A stretch of 36,254 nucleotides of DNA, taken from NCBI GenBank assembly GCA_944358805.1, contig CALVSD010000003.1, positions 1 through 36,254 of the forward strand, in the 5' to 3' direction. Shown here in pieces: positions 1 through 8,929 of the stretch; positions within the stretch are counted from its first letter, which is position 1, and every line of letters starts with the position of its first letter. The translations under genes were made by a program, and so were the position numbers. The notes under the pieces are model-generated. The model had not been told where the DNA came from. It was given only the letters and a program-made list of their open reading frames with translations, and did not search any database. This DNA comes from an uncultured Bacilli bacterium. GTDB taxonomy: Bacteria > Bacillota_I > Bacilli_A > RF39 > UBA660.

Positions 1-317
1 GCGCCATACATTTCCATTAATTTAATTCTTTCTACACTTACCCAATTTGGCATAAATATATATACTGGATGATTATAATAAGCACCAATAGCAGAAAATG
101 ATATACCTGTATTGCCACTAGTTGCCTCAATTATAGGCATACCATCTTTTAGTATACCTTCACTTTTATTTTTATTAACTATATATAAAGCTAATCTATC
201 TTTAATACTTCCTGTCAGGTTATAAAATTCTATCTTTACATATATATAATCTATTTTACCTTTATACTTATATTTTATTTTTATATATGGAGTATTTCCA
301 ATTAATTTATCTATCAT
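1..317 (-). CDS. cysK: PLP-dependent cysteine synthase family protein (CysK/CysM-like), 5' part; runs off the window start
   Basis: Not in ORF track. Manual translation from ATG at 317: MIDKLIGNTPY...VKIEFYNLTGSIKDRLA...IIEATSGNTGISFSAIGA...FMPNWVSVERIKLMEMYGA. Shows IGNTP, the PLP-lysine motif GSIKDR and EATSGNTG. RBS GAGGGA upstream. CysK versus a paralogue cannot be resolved. Confidence 0.85.
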   Translation of the reverse strand, partial: MIDKLIGNTPYIKIKYKYKGKIDYIYVKIEFYNLTGSIKDRLALYIVNKNKSEGILKDGMPIIEATSGNTGISFSAIGAYYNHPVYIFMPNWVSVERIKLMEMYG

Positions 318-604
318 ATATTATCCCTCATAATATAATATGATTAAAATTAATGATTTGTTATAAACTAAATTTCTATTATTTCATAATAATTATTAAT
401 ATATTTATCACTAGTATAACTAAAACACATTTAATAAAGATAACAGAATGTATGTTTTTAAAATAAAATCACGGAATATAAAACATCAAATTCATTATTT
501 ATTTTATACATTTAATATTAAATAAATTAGCAAAAAACATTTAAAATTATTATTCATTTTAAAGTATATATTTAAATATACTGCAATTTTACTATTACCA
601 TAAC

Positions 605-636
605 AAAGACTCTTAATCTCTTTTAAGCGAGTCTTT
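605..636 (-). terminator. Probable intrinsic terminator after the 653-1102 gene
   Basis: Inverted repeat AAAGACTC (605-612) / GAGTCTTT (629-636) just past the stop codon. Confidence 0.55.
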
Positions 637-652
637 AATTTATATATGTTAT

Positions 653-1102
653 TTATTTTTCTTTTATTCGTTTCACCAAATAAAAGGGTAGCATAGGAAA
701 TAATATAATACCAACAAATACCATACTACATATAAATAATATTTCAGAAGTTACATATAATTTTTGTTCCCTTTTAATCTCAGTTGGATTATTTTTATTA
801 ACATAAATTGAAATATTAGAATTTATACCAGTATAATATGCATAATCTTTAACCTTTATTATATAATCTTTTTTATAATTATATTTTAATTCTATCAAGA
901 TGTCTTTTGAATTACTAATTTCATAATTAACAACAACAGCATTTGTTTTATACCAATTTTTTTCTACCAACAAATCTTTTATATAAAAAAATATAGAAAA
1001 CAATCCAATAACCATGCTTATGATTGCTATAATTATCATTATTTTTTTTATTTGCTTTGAACTTCCATATTTTAACATTCTAAACATACTATAACCGCTC
1101 AT
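653..1102 (-). CDS. DUF3592-like membrane protein
   Basis: N-terminal TM helix, beta-rich middle (WYKTNAVVVNY...ISIYVNKNNP), C-terminal TM helix; RBS GAGGAG. Confidence 0.6.
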   Translation of the reverse strand: MSGYSMFRMLKYGSSKQIKKIMIIIAIISMVIGLFSIFFYIKDLLVEKNWYKTNAVVVNYEISNSKDILIELKYNYKKDYIIKVKDYAYYTGINSNISIYVNKNNPTEIKREQKLYVTSEILFICSMVFVGIILFPMLPFYLVKRIKEK

Positions 1103-1280
1103 AAAATCTTACTCCTCTATTTCAAGTTATTTTCTTATTAATTTAGAATCCTAAAAAATTCCCACTATCAATATCATTTTTACTTACAAATTAATTAATA
1201 ATTATTTACTATATTTACTTATAATATATCATATTTAATATTAGCTTTCAATTATAATAAGATAATTAATAAAAAAGAAG

Positions 1281-2585
1281 TTAATCTATTTTATTAATAA
1301 TATTAAGAATACTATTGATATCATTTATATTAACTTCTTTTTCACTAGATTCATTCATATTTTTTATCTTAATAATTTCAGTATTTATTTCTGTTTCTCC
1401 AATTACTGTTACAAATGGAACATTATTTTTATTTGCCCATTCAAAAGCTTTTTTTACTTTCTTATTATTCATTTCGATTATTACTTTAACACCGTTATCT
1501 CTTAACTTTTTAGCAAGTAATAATGATTCATATTTAGTATCCATTGGTATTATATATAAATCATAAACACTACTATTTTTCTTTTCTAAAGACATTATTT
1601 CATAAATTGGAACTAATCCAAAAGTCATACCTACGGCAGGATATACATTACCATCATCTATAAAATTGGTAATTATTTTATCATAACGACCACCTGCTCC
1701 TATACTAGAAGTAATTCTTTTTTGTCTATCAAATACTTCCCATATAGTGCCTGTATATATTTCAAGTCCTCTTGCTAAATATGGAGTAAATACACATTCA
1801 TTTAAATTGAATTTATTTATATATGTTTGTAACTCTTCTATTTCACTAATTCCTTCTTTTAATATTTCATTAGTACTATCTTTAAAATTATTTATAAGAG
1901 TATCTATATCTAATTTAAAGTAACTAAATAATTTATCTAATTTATCTTTATTAATATTTAGCTCTTCTAATTCTTTTATTACACCATCTTCTCCTATTTT
2001 AGCAAGTTTATCTACTGATAATATAACTCTAGATATATATTCTTCTTCAATGTTACATTCTTTAATTAATCCTGATAAAACTTTACGATTATTCCATTCT
2101 ATTTCAATATTTATACCTAAATCTTTATAGCATTTACTAGCCATTAATAACATTTCTATTTCTGGATATATTCCACTTATACCACATAAATCAACGTCAC
2201 ATTGATAAAATTCTCTGTTTCTTCCTAATTTAACAGGTCCATCTCTAAATACTTTACCTATTTCATATCTTCTAAAAGGTAAAGAAATTTCTTTATTAAC
2301 ATTAGCTGCAATTACTTTAGAAAAAGGCACAGTTAAATCATATCTAAGTCCTATATCCCTATTACCTTGATCTTTTAAAGTATATACTTCTTTTAATATT
2401 TCTGCTCCTCCTGCATATTTAGAAGCAAGTAAATCATAATTACATAATATAGAAGTTTCTAATGGTAAATAACCATATGCTTCAAAATTATTCTTTAATT
2501 TACTAATTATTTGATTTTTAACTATTTGTTCATTAGGTAAACTATCAAAAGTTCCTTTTATATTTTTAAGTATATTATTATTCAT
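1281..2585 (-). CDS. hisS: Histidine--tRNA ligase
   Basis: KGTFD, LRYDLTVPF, motif 2 FRDGPVKLGRNREFYQCDVD, LARGLEIYTG, GGRYD, C-terminal anticodon-binding domain. Confidence 0.97.
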   Translation of the reverse strand: MNNNILKNIKGTFDSLPNEQIVKNQIISKLKNNFEAYGYLPLETSILCNYDLLASKYAGGAEILKEVYTLKDQGNRDIGLRYDLTVPFSKVIAANVNKEISLPFRRYEIGKVFRDGPVKLGRNREFYQCDVDLCGISGIYPEIEMLLMASKCYKDLGINIEIEWNNRKVLSGLIKECNIEEEYISRVILSVDKLAKIGEDGVIKELEELNINKDKLDKLFSYFKLDIDTLINNFKDSTNEILKEGISEIEELQTYINKFNLNECVFTPYLARGLEIYTGTIWEVFDRQKRITSSIGAGGRYDKIITNFIDDGNVYPAVGMTFGLVPIYEIMSLEKKNSSVYDLYIIPMDTKYESLLLAKKLRDNGVKVIIEMNNKKVKKAFEWANKNNVPFVTVIGETEINTEIIKIKNMNESSEKEVNINDINSILNIINKID

Positions 2586-2587
2586 AG

Positions 2588-3094
2588 TTACACTTCCTTA
2601 ACACTTTCTATATCTAATATTTGATCTAATTTAGTTATAGTTATATATTTACTTTTCTTACCATTATCGGAAAATTTAACAGCAATTCCGCCATGTTTAT
2701 GCCATAAATCCAAATTTCCTAAGAAGTCATCAATTAATATTGCATCTTTAGGATTTACGATATCACATTTATTAATTTCTTTAGGGACTAATATTACTTC
2801 TAATTCTGGTACTCTAGACTTTAAATATCTTATTTTCCCTAAGCCCTCATTATAAGAAATAATATGAGTTAATACTTTTACTTCAAAAAGGTTACTTTTA
2901 ATTATCTTTTTAATACAATTAATACTATCATTAATTTCAGGTGTCTGCTTTATTATATGATCCCAATCTAAATTATAGTAAAAATCAAGTGCTTCCTCAT
3001 CTTTTGGACTTATATTTAATTTTTTTAACATAGGATAAGTTACTTTTATTGTATCTAAAATAACTCCATCAAAATCTATATATAATTTTTTCAT
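2588..3094 (-). CDS. HAD-superfamily phosphatase, 5'(3')-deoxyribonucleotidase (NT5C)-like
   Basis: Motif I YIDFDGVILDT, conserved K (NKC), motif IV LIDD, and W..HGG.A tail typical of NT5C-like proteins. Confidence 0.7.
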   Translation of the reverse strand: MKKLYIDFDGVILDTIKVTYPMLKKLNISPKDEEALDFYYNLDWDHIIKQTPEINDSINCIKKIIKSNLFEVKVLTHIISYNEGLGKIRYLKSRVPELEVILVPKEINKCDIVNPKDAILIDDFLGNLDLWHKHGGIAVKFSDNGKKSKYITITKLDQILDIESVKEV

Positions 3095-3100
3095 AATATC

Positions 3101-3637
3101 CTACTCTAAACCACTAACTATTTCATCTTCTGTTTCATAGTAACTAACTACTTCATTATTTACTATTTTAATTAAAGTATTATCTACTACTTTAAGATCT
3201 TCTAATGTTTTAGCAGATTTATTTCCAGAACCTTGAGTAACATAATTTTGATTTAAAGCATCTTTTGTATTTACCCTATATATTTTAGATTCAGATAATT
3301 TACTAGTTAATGTTGATTCAATAGTGCTATTCATATTTTCAAAATCATAAAAATATACATAATATTCTTCTTCTTTTTGATTAAATATAGAACTAGCAAG
3401 TATTTTATTATTAACTAAATCAGCAACTTCATTATCTTTATTACTAAACCAATCTATTTCTTTAGTAACAAAGACTCCTACTACTATATATAATACTACA
3501 AATATAATAAGTAATATAATTGTTATTTTAGCAAACTTATATATTTGATTATCATTATCTGTATTCATATCATATAATTCTTTTTTTAAATTCTTTCCTT
3601 CTTTTTTAGCTTGTTTTCTTTTTAACTCTCTTCCCAT
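3101..3637 (-). CDS. Hypothetical single-pass membrane protein
   Basis: Basic N-terminus, one TM helix, extracellular domain with YYVYFYD. Start moved to ATG 3637 (RBS GAGGTG); extended -10 TGCTATAAT at 3657-3665. Confidence 0.7.
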   Translation of the reverse strand: MGRELKRKQAKKEGKNLKKELYDMNTDNDNQIYKFAKITIILLIIFVVLYIVVGVFVTKEIDWFSNKDNEVADLVNNKILASSIFNQKEEEYYVYFYDFENMNSTIESTLTSKLSESKIYRVNTKDALNQNYVTQGSGNKSAKTLEDLKVVDNTLIKIVNNEVVSYYETEDEIVSGLE

Positions 3638-3686
3638 ATATATACACCTCATAGTAATTATAGCAAATATACGTTTTACAGTAAAG

Positions 3687-3712
3687 AAAAAAAAGCATTT
3701 TTATTATGCTTT
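3687..3712 (-). terminator. Intrinsic terminator of ydcC-like gene
   Basis: AAAGCAT/ATGCTTT stem (3692-3698, 3706-3712) followed by a U-run on the minus strand. Confidence 0.6.
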
Positions 3713-3729
3713 ATCATCAATATATATAA

Positions 3730-4872
3730 TTATTTTGATACAGGAAGGACACTTATACTTCTTGCTACTTCTAACAGTTCATCAGTGGATAATTTTTCAC
3801 TAACTACAAAGTATTCTACACCATTACTAAACCAATTTACAGAATTATCATTAACTACTCCTACAGTATCAGATAAATGTGTAAGTTCTCCGAAAGTTGG
3901 AATAATAAGATGTTCTTCTTCATAAGACACAGTTTCTTCTATTAGTGTAAACGGACTATCTCCACTAAAAGTTAATATAAGTCTTTGACCATCATCAGTA
4001 TTTATTGTTTCTTGACTTTGTAAATACGTATTAGTAGGTAAATACATCGGATATATTATATCTTCAATTGTTGCAGTATTCTCTGTTGTTGAATTATTTT
4101 CAGTAGTTTCATTTTCGCTATTATTTGTTTGTTCTTTATTATCTTCATTTTCATTTGTATTTGTATTTTCGTTGGTATTAGTATTTTTATTAGTATTTTC
4201 GTTAGAGTTTGCGTTTGTATTAGTATTTGTGCTGCTATCTTCATTTCTATTCTCTTCCTTAATTAATTCATTTAACTTAAAATAATTATCATCAAACTCA
4301 GATTTTAAATCTATCTTATTAAATACCATCTTTATTTGAGTATTATCACTTTCATCTACTACTATTACTTCTTTTACTTCATAATTCTTATCTAATTTAA
4401 TTTTTTGATTAACTAGTTTTTTATTATTTGGATAATTCACTTTTGAAGTAAGAGTATATCCATCATCAGTTTCTTCAACTTTTTTATTTTCATCATTACT
4501 TAAGTCTTCCACTAATGAACCTAATAAATATACTTGTGAATTGTTGTGTGGCCAATCACTTTGAAATTTAAAACTTTTATTTAAAGATGGTGTTACAACA
4601 TAAACTCCATCACTATTTCTAAGTATCACTTGTTTATGATTATTAGAAATATTAGTAAGTTCTACTTTATAATTATTATCTTTTTGATAAGATACTTTAA
4701 CATCGTAAGTATAAGTATCTTCATTATTAATTATATCCATAGAACCTTCAACATAATAACTACTTGCTTTTTCTATTTTTTTAGAAAATTCTTCACTAGC
4801 ATCTTTCTTTCTAATACTACATCCTGTTATTAATAAAGAACCTAATATTAGAAATAAAAATATTTTTTTCAT
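3730..4872 (-). CDS. ydcC: Sporulation lipoprotein YdcC/SsdC-like (LolA-fold plus C-terminal DUF4367-like domain)
   Basis: Lipobox LITGC; QVILRNSDGVYVVTPSLNKSFKFQSDWPHNNSQVYL closely resembles B. subtilis YdcC as recalled; C-terminal W..NGVEY...LS.DELLEVARS. Confidence 0.85.
   Translation of the reverse strand: MKKIFLFLILGSLLITGCSIRKKDASEEFSKKIEKASSYYVEGSMDIINNEDTYTYDVKVSYQKDNNYKVELTNISNNHKQVILRNSDGVYVVTPSLNKSFKFQSDWPHNNSQVYLLGSLVEDLSNDENKKVEETDDGYTLTSKVNYPNNKKLVNQKIKLDKNYEVKEVIVVDESDNTQIKMVFNKIDLKSEFDDNYFKLNELIKEENRNEDSSTNTNTNANSNENTNKNTNTNENTNTNENEDNKEQTNNSENETTENNSTTENTATIEDIIYPMYLPTNTYLQSQETINTDDGQRLILTFSGDSPFTLIEETVSYEEEHLIIPTFGELTHLSDTVGVVNDNSVNWFSNGVEYFVVSEKLSTDELLEVARSISVLPVSK
4075..4260 (-). 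repeat. Low-complexity Asn/Thr/Glu linker with imperfect short repeats inside ydcC
   Basis: STNTNTNANSNENTNKNTNTNENTNTNENEDN; DNA units such as gtattttcgtt and gtattagtattt recur. Confidence 0.7.
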
Positions 4873-4943
4873 AATTCACCTCTCGTCTTTCAATTAAATT
4901 ATACTCATATAAAATAGAGTTATGATGAATTATGTATATTTTT

Positions 4944-6932
4944 TTATTGATTATAAACAATTAAATTATGTTGACTTCTTGTACATGCTACATAGAATAA
5001 ATATTTTTCATCTTTAGTATATTTATTATCTCTACTCGTATATACAATTACGGAATCAAATTCTAATCCTTTCGCGATATATGAAGGTACTATTACTAAT
5101 TTTCTAGAAAATTTATCACTACCATTATCTATTTTAACAATATCTATTTTATCTTTTAAATAATCATATATTTTATCACATTCTATATTATCTTTAGTTA
5201 TTATAGCCACTGATTTAGATATATTATTTAAATTATTTAAATCGTTTAATATATCATTATATTCTTCACTATTTCTTACAACTACGTCACTTGCATTATT
5301 ATTTCTAATAGCACTTACATGTTCAAGTCCTAAAATATTATTTGTATATTCAATTATTTTACTAGTAGATCTATATGTTTTATTTAATTCTAAATATTTA
5401 CTACTATCAAATATATCTTTTAATACTTCTAAAGAATCATATTTATAATATGGATTTATTGTTTGATTAATATCCCCTAAAATTGTATAATTAGCAGTCT
5501 TAAAAGTATTCTTTATAATTAAATACTGTAGTTTTGTATAATCTTGGGCTTCATCTATTACTACTTGTTTAATATAATGATTGGTATCAAATCCTTCAAG
5601 AACACTTTTTATATATAAAAACAAGCAAGCATCTTCATAGTTTATACATTTTCCATTATCAATATAACTATGATATTTACTATAATTAGATACATAGAAA
5701 TCTTTATATATCTTTTTATAATCTTTAGATATATTAATTATTTTATATAATTCTTTTTCAATACTTTTACTCTTAGTAGTTCTTCCTTCATAATTCATTT
5801 CACTAATTTTAATAGACATTTGTTTAATTCTTTCAAATATTGGGAATCTTGAATATCTATTTTTTAACATATTATTAAGTTCTTCTTTAGTATAAAATAC
5901 ATATTTATCAAATATTAAATTATCAGTAAATGTTAGATTATTAATCAAATCATTTAGATAGCTATTAATATCTTCGATAATTTCATCTGATTGCTTATAT
6001 TTAATTACATCTTTATCCAATACATTGCCTTTATAATATCTTTCAATAAATGATGTAAAATCTTCAATAATTTTATATTCTTTTATTTTATCTTTTAAGA
6101 AACTTGTAAAAGTAATCGAATAAGTATTATCTTCTCCTAATTCTGGTAAGACATTAGATATATACTCTGTAAATATATTATTAGGAGAAAATATAAGAAT
6201 ATTTTTAGAGTTTAAATTAGCAATACGATATAATAAGAAAGCTATTCTATGAAGGGCTACTGAAGTTTTACCACTACCTGCAATACCTTGGACTATTAAA
6301 TTCTTGTCATCAGTATTTCTAATAATAGCATTTTGCTCTTTTTGAATAGTATTAACAATATTTTTCATTTTATCTGATGATTCAGTAGCAAGTACTTGTT
6401 GTAATAATTCATCTGATATATTAATACTATTATCAAAAATATTTAATAATTTACCATCTTCAATTATATATTGTCTTTTCCTAGAAAGATTTCCTTCAAT
6501 AATTCCATCTGGTGCTAAATATTTAGCTTCTCCTACTTCATAATCATAATATAAATTACATATAGGACTTCTCCAGTCATGAACTAAATAATTTAAATTA
6601 TCTTCAACATGAGTAATTCCCATATAAATTAATTCATCATTAAATATAATTGATGCAAAATATGGTTTATTTTGAGAACGATATAGTTTTTGTAAATACT
6701 GACCCTTATTCATCATTATTCTTACTTGCAAATCGTTTTCAACCATCATATTCTTCATTTCTCCAGGATCCATACTTGCTTTAGAATCCCACATAAATTT
6801 TTTAAATTCTAAAATTTTTTCATCATCATCATATAGTTCTTGGCCTAATTCTGATATTTTCTTTCTAATTAAAGTAACTGTGTCATCAAGATATTTTCTT
6901 TCTTTTTGCATTTCACTTTCACTTATTTTCAT
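4944..6932 (-). CDS. helD: RNA polymerase recycling helicase HelD (UvrD-like SF1)
   Basis: KPYFA, DWRSPI, IVNTIQKEQNAIIR, Walker A QGIAGSGKT, ALHRIAFLLY, IDEAQD, KGLEFD, YVACTR. Start moved to ATG 6932 (RBS AAGGAGG). Confidence 0.9.
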   Translation of the reverse strand: MKISESEMQKERKYLDDTVTLIRKKISELGQELYDDDEKILEFKKFMWDSKASMDPGEMKNMMVENDLQVRIMMNKGQYLQKLYRSQNKPYFASIIFNDELIYMGITHVEDNLNYLVHDWRSPICNLYYDYEVGEAKYLAPDGIIEGNLSRKRQYIIEDGKLLNIFDNSINISDELLQQVLATESSDKMKNIVNTIQKEQNAIIRNTDDKNLIVQGIAGSGKTSVALHRIAFLLYRIANLNSKNILIFSPNNIFTEYISNVLPELGEDNTYSITFTSFLKDKIKEYKIIEDFTSFIERYYKGNVLDKDVIKYKQSDEIIEDINSYLNDLINNLTFTDNLIFDKYVFYTKEELNNMLKNRYSRFPIFERIKQMSIKISEMNYEGRTTKSKSIEKELYKIINISKDYKKIYKDFYVSNYSKYHSYIDNGKCINYEDACLFLYIKSVLEGFDTNHYIKQVVIDEAQDYTKLQYLIIKNTFKTANYTILGDINQTINPYYKYDSLEVLKDIFDSSKYLELNKTYRSTSKIIEYTNNILGLEHVSAIRNNNASDVVVRNSEEYNDILNDLNNLNNISKSVAIITKDNIECDKIYDYLKDKIDIVKIDNGSDKFSRKLVIVPSYIAKGLEFDSVIVYTSRDNKYTKDEKYLFYVACTRSQHNLIVYNQ

Positions 6933-7023
6933 AAATCCTCCTTTTATACAACGCAAAAAACTACAATATTTCATGTAGTAAAAAATGTATGTATAATATC
7001 TTAACTTTGCAAATGTCTTTTTA

Positions 7024-7053
7024 ATTATATATTACATTTATTTATTAAGTCAA
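7024..7053 (-). promoter_or_regulatory. sigA-type promoter of helD
   Basis: TTGACT (7053-7048), 18-nt spacer, TATAAT (7029-7024). Confidence 0.6.
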
Positions 7054-7123
7054 TATATTTTTTTATTTAATGTATATTATTACATTTTTTGGAAACTATA
7101 TAATTAGAAAAAGGAGGAAATTT

Positions 7124-7321
7124 ATGAATATGTTACTTAAAACTACATTAGTTCTTTGTATAATTGGTGGTATCAATTGGGGACTAGTAGGAATATTTGA
7201 TTTTAACTTAGTAGAATATTTATTTGGAGCAGGTAGTCTTCTTACTAGATTAGTATATATTTTAGTAGCTATATCTGCTTTAGTAGATTTATATATTCTA
7301 ACAAAAGATTTAGATAGATAA
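7124..7321 (+). CDS. DUF378 family membrane protein (YuzA-like)
   Basis: IIGGINWGLVGIFDFNLVEYLFG...RLVYILV is the DUF378 signature. Start moved to ATG 7124 (RBS AAGGAGG). Confidence 0.9.
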   Translation: MNMLLKTTLVLCIIGGINWGLVGIFDFNLVEYLFGAGSLLTRLVYILVAISALVDLYILTKDLDR

Positions 7322-7350
7322 AAGAGTAATTCATTAACGAACTACTCTTT
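7321..7350. terminator. Probable bidirectional terminator between convergent DUF378 gene and divIB
   Basis: AAAGAGTA (7321-7328) / TACTCTTT (7343-7350) with an inner TTC/GAA pair. Confidence 0.55.
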
Positions 7351-8028
7351 TATTTCTACATAATCTCCAGAATCTAAGTATATTATACCTAATTTGCCTT
7401 CTAATTGGTCTTTTATACTGTTATATTTATTTATTTTATTTATTTTAGTTAAAGTAATATATACATAATTTCCATCATTCATAGTAAGTAAAAATCTTTG
7501 TTTATCTACTTCATTTGGTACGTATTCTATTTCTGATATTTTAGTTATTATGTTAGTATCTATTTTAGAAAAATAATTTATAAAATCTTTATATACACTA
7601 CTTACATCATTTAATAATATAGGTAAATTTAAGTCATATATATTTTCTACTTTGTTACCACTTTCTAATATTATTTCATTATTATATAAACACAAAGTTC
7701 TATATTCTTCTATATCAATATATACTTTACTACCTATTTTTTTAGTAACAGATACTTCTTTTATATAATCATTTTTTAATATGTTATTTTTTATTTCTCT
7801 ACTTGTAGTAAGCAAAAACGATGGATATTCTTCTAACTTTGCAGAATTTATTATATCTTTATCAGGTACTATATTATTATTTATTATATATATATTTTTA
7901 ATTTTTATATGTAATATATAATTAATACCAAAATATAACAATATTAATAATAATAACAATATTAAAATATTCTTTATTTTTAACTTTCTTTTTTTTACTT
8001 TAACCCTTATTTTCTTTTTATTAGGCAT
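7342..8028 (-). CDS. divIB: Cell division protein DivIB/FtsQ
   Basis: Basic N-terminus, one TM helix, POTRA-like region (IKNIYI.NN...YIKEVSVTKK), LLTMNDGNYV; lies downstream of murG-murB. Confidence 0.85.
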   Translation of the reverse strand: MPNKKKIRVKVKKRKLKIKNILILLLLLILLYFGINYILHIKIKNIYIINNNIVPDKDIINSAKLEEYPSFLLTTSREIKNNILKNDYIKEVSVTKKIGSKVYIDIEEYRTLCLYNNEIILESGNKVENIYDLNLPILLNDVSSVYKDFINYFSKIDTNIITKISEIEYVPNEVDKQRFLLTMNDGNYVYITLTKINKINKYNSIKDQLEGKLGIIYLDSGDYVEIKE

Positions 8029-8041
8029 AACATCACCTTAA

Positions 8042-8929
8042 CTATATTATTTCTTGTTCTAAAATTAATTCAACCTTATATTTTTCATATACTTTTTCTT
8101 TAATTAATTTAATTAACTTAATAATATCTTCCCCTTTAGCTCCACCTTTATTAATAATAAAGTTAGCATGCTTCTCAGATACTTCTGCTCCATTGATATT
8201 AGTTCCTTTTAATCCGCATTTTTCAATTAATTCTCCAGCATATAATCCTTCAGGATTTCTAAATACACTCCCTGCACATGGATACTCTAAAGGTTGTGTT
8301 TCTATTCTTTTTGTTTGCCTTTTAGACATTAATTCATATATATCTTCAGTATTACCATTTTTTAGTTCTAAAGTTGCTTCTAAACATATATAATCCCTAT
8401 GATGTTTTAAAAATGAATCACGATATTTAAACTCTAGTTCTTTATTAGTCATAGTTATCACTTCTAATTTATCATTAAGTACTTTTGCACTTACTAAGAC
8501 ATCGCTTATAGAACTTTTATACGCTCCAGCATTCATGGCAACTGAACTTCCCATATGCCCAGGAAGTGCGCACATAAATTCAAGACCACTAAGTCCTAAC
8601 TTAGCACAGTCTAGTGATAACTTTATTAAAGATACTCCTGGTTCTACAGTGACAGTAGTACCTTCTACTTTATAATTATTTAACTTATCTAACTTAATAA
8701 ATATTAAATCATAATATTCTTTAGATAGTATTATATTGGAACCATTTCCTAAAAATCTATAGTTAATATTATTTTCTTTTAAATATCTAATTATTTTTAC
8801 TAACTCATCTATACTACCAGGGAATACCATTCCTAACGCTTTTGAATTTACATGATATGTATTATAATCTCCAAGATTAACATTACTTATAAATTCAATA
8901 TTATTCTCTTTAAAAAAATCTTTTATCAT
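8042..8929 (-). CDS. murB: UDP-N-acetylenolpyruvoylglucosamine reductase
   Basis: LGNGSN, GLSGLEF, MNAGAY, FKYRDS, AGSVFRNP, VSEKHANF. Confidence 0.97.
   Translation of the reverse strand: MIKDFFKENNIEFISNVNLGDYNTYHVNSKALGMVFPGSIDELVKIIRYLKENNINYRFLGNGSNIILSKEYYDLIFIKLDKLNNYKVEGTTVTVEPGVSLIKLSLDCAKLGLSGLEFMCALPGHMGSSVAMNAGAYKSSISDVLVSAKVLNDKLEVITMTNKELEFKYRDSFLKHHRDYICLEATLELKNGNTEDIYELMSKRQTKRIETQPLEYPCAGSVFRNPEGLYAGELIEKCGLKGTNINGAEVSEKHANFIINKGGAKGEDIIKLIKLIKEKVYEKYKVELILEQEII

Noticed and set aside
318-604. T-box, S-box or small ORF in the long AT-rich gap upstream of cysK
   Set aside because: No T-box (AAnnnnGGTGGnACC) or SAM-riboswitch core; a 22-codon + strand ORF near 448-516 lacks an RBS.
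6933-6974. N-terminal extension MKYCSFLRCIKGGF of HelD
   Set aside because: Translates through the AAGGAGG RBS of the real start at 6932 and has no RBS of its own.
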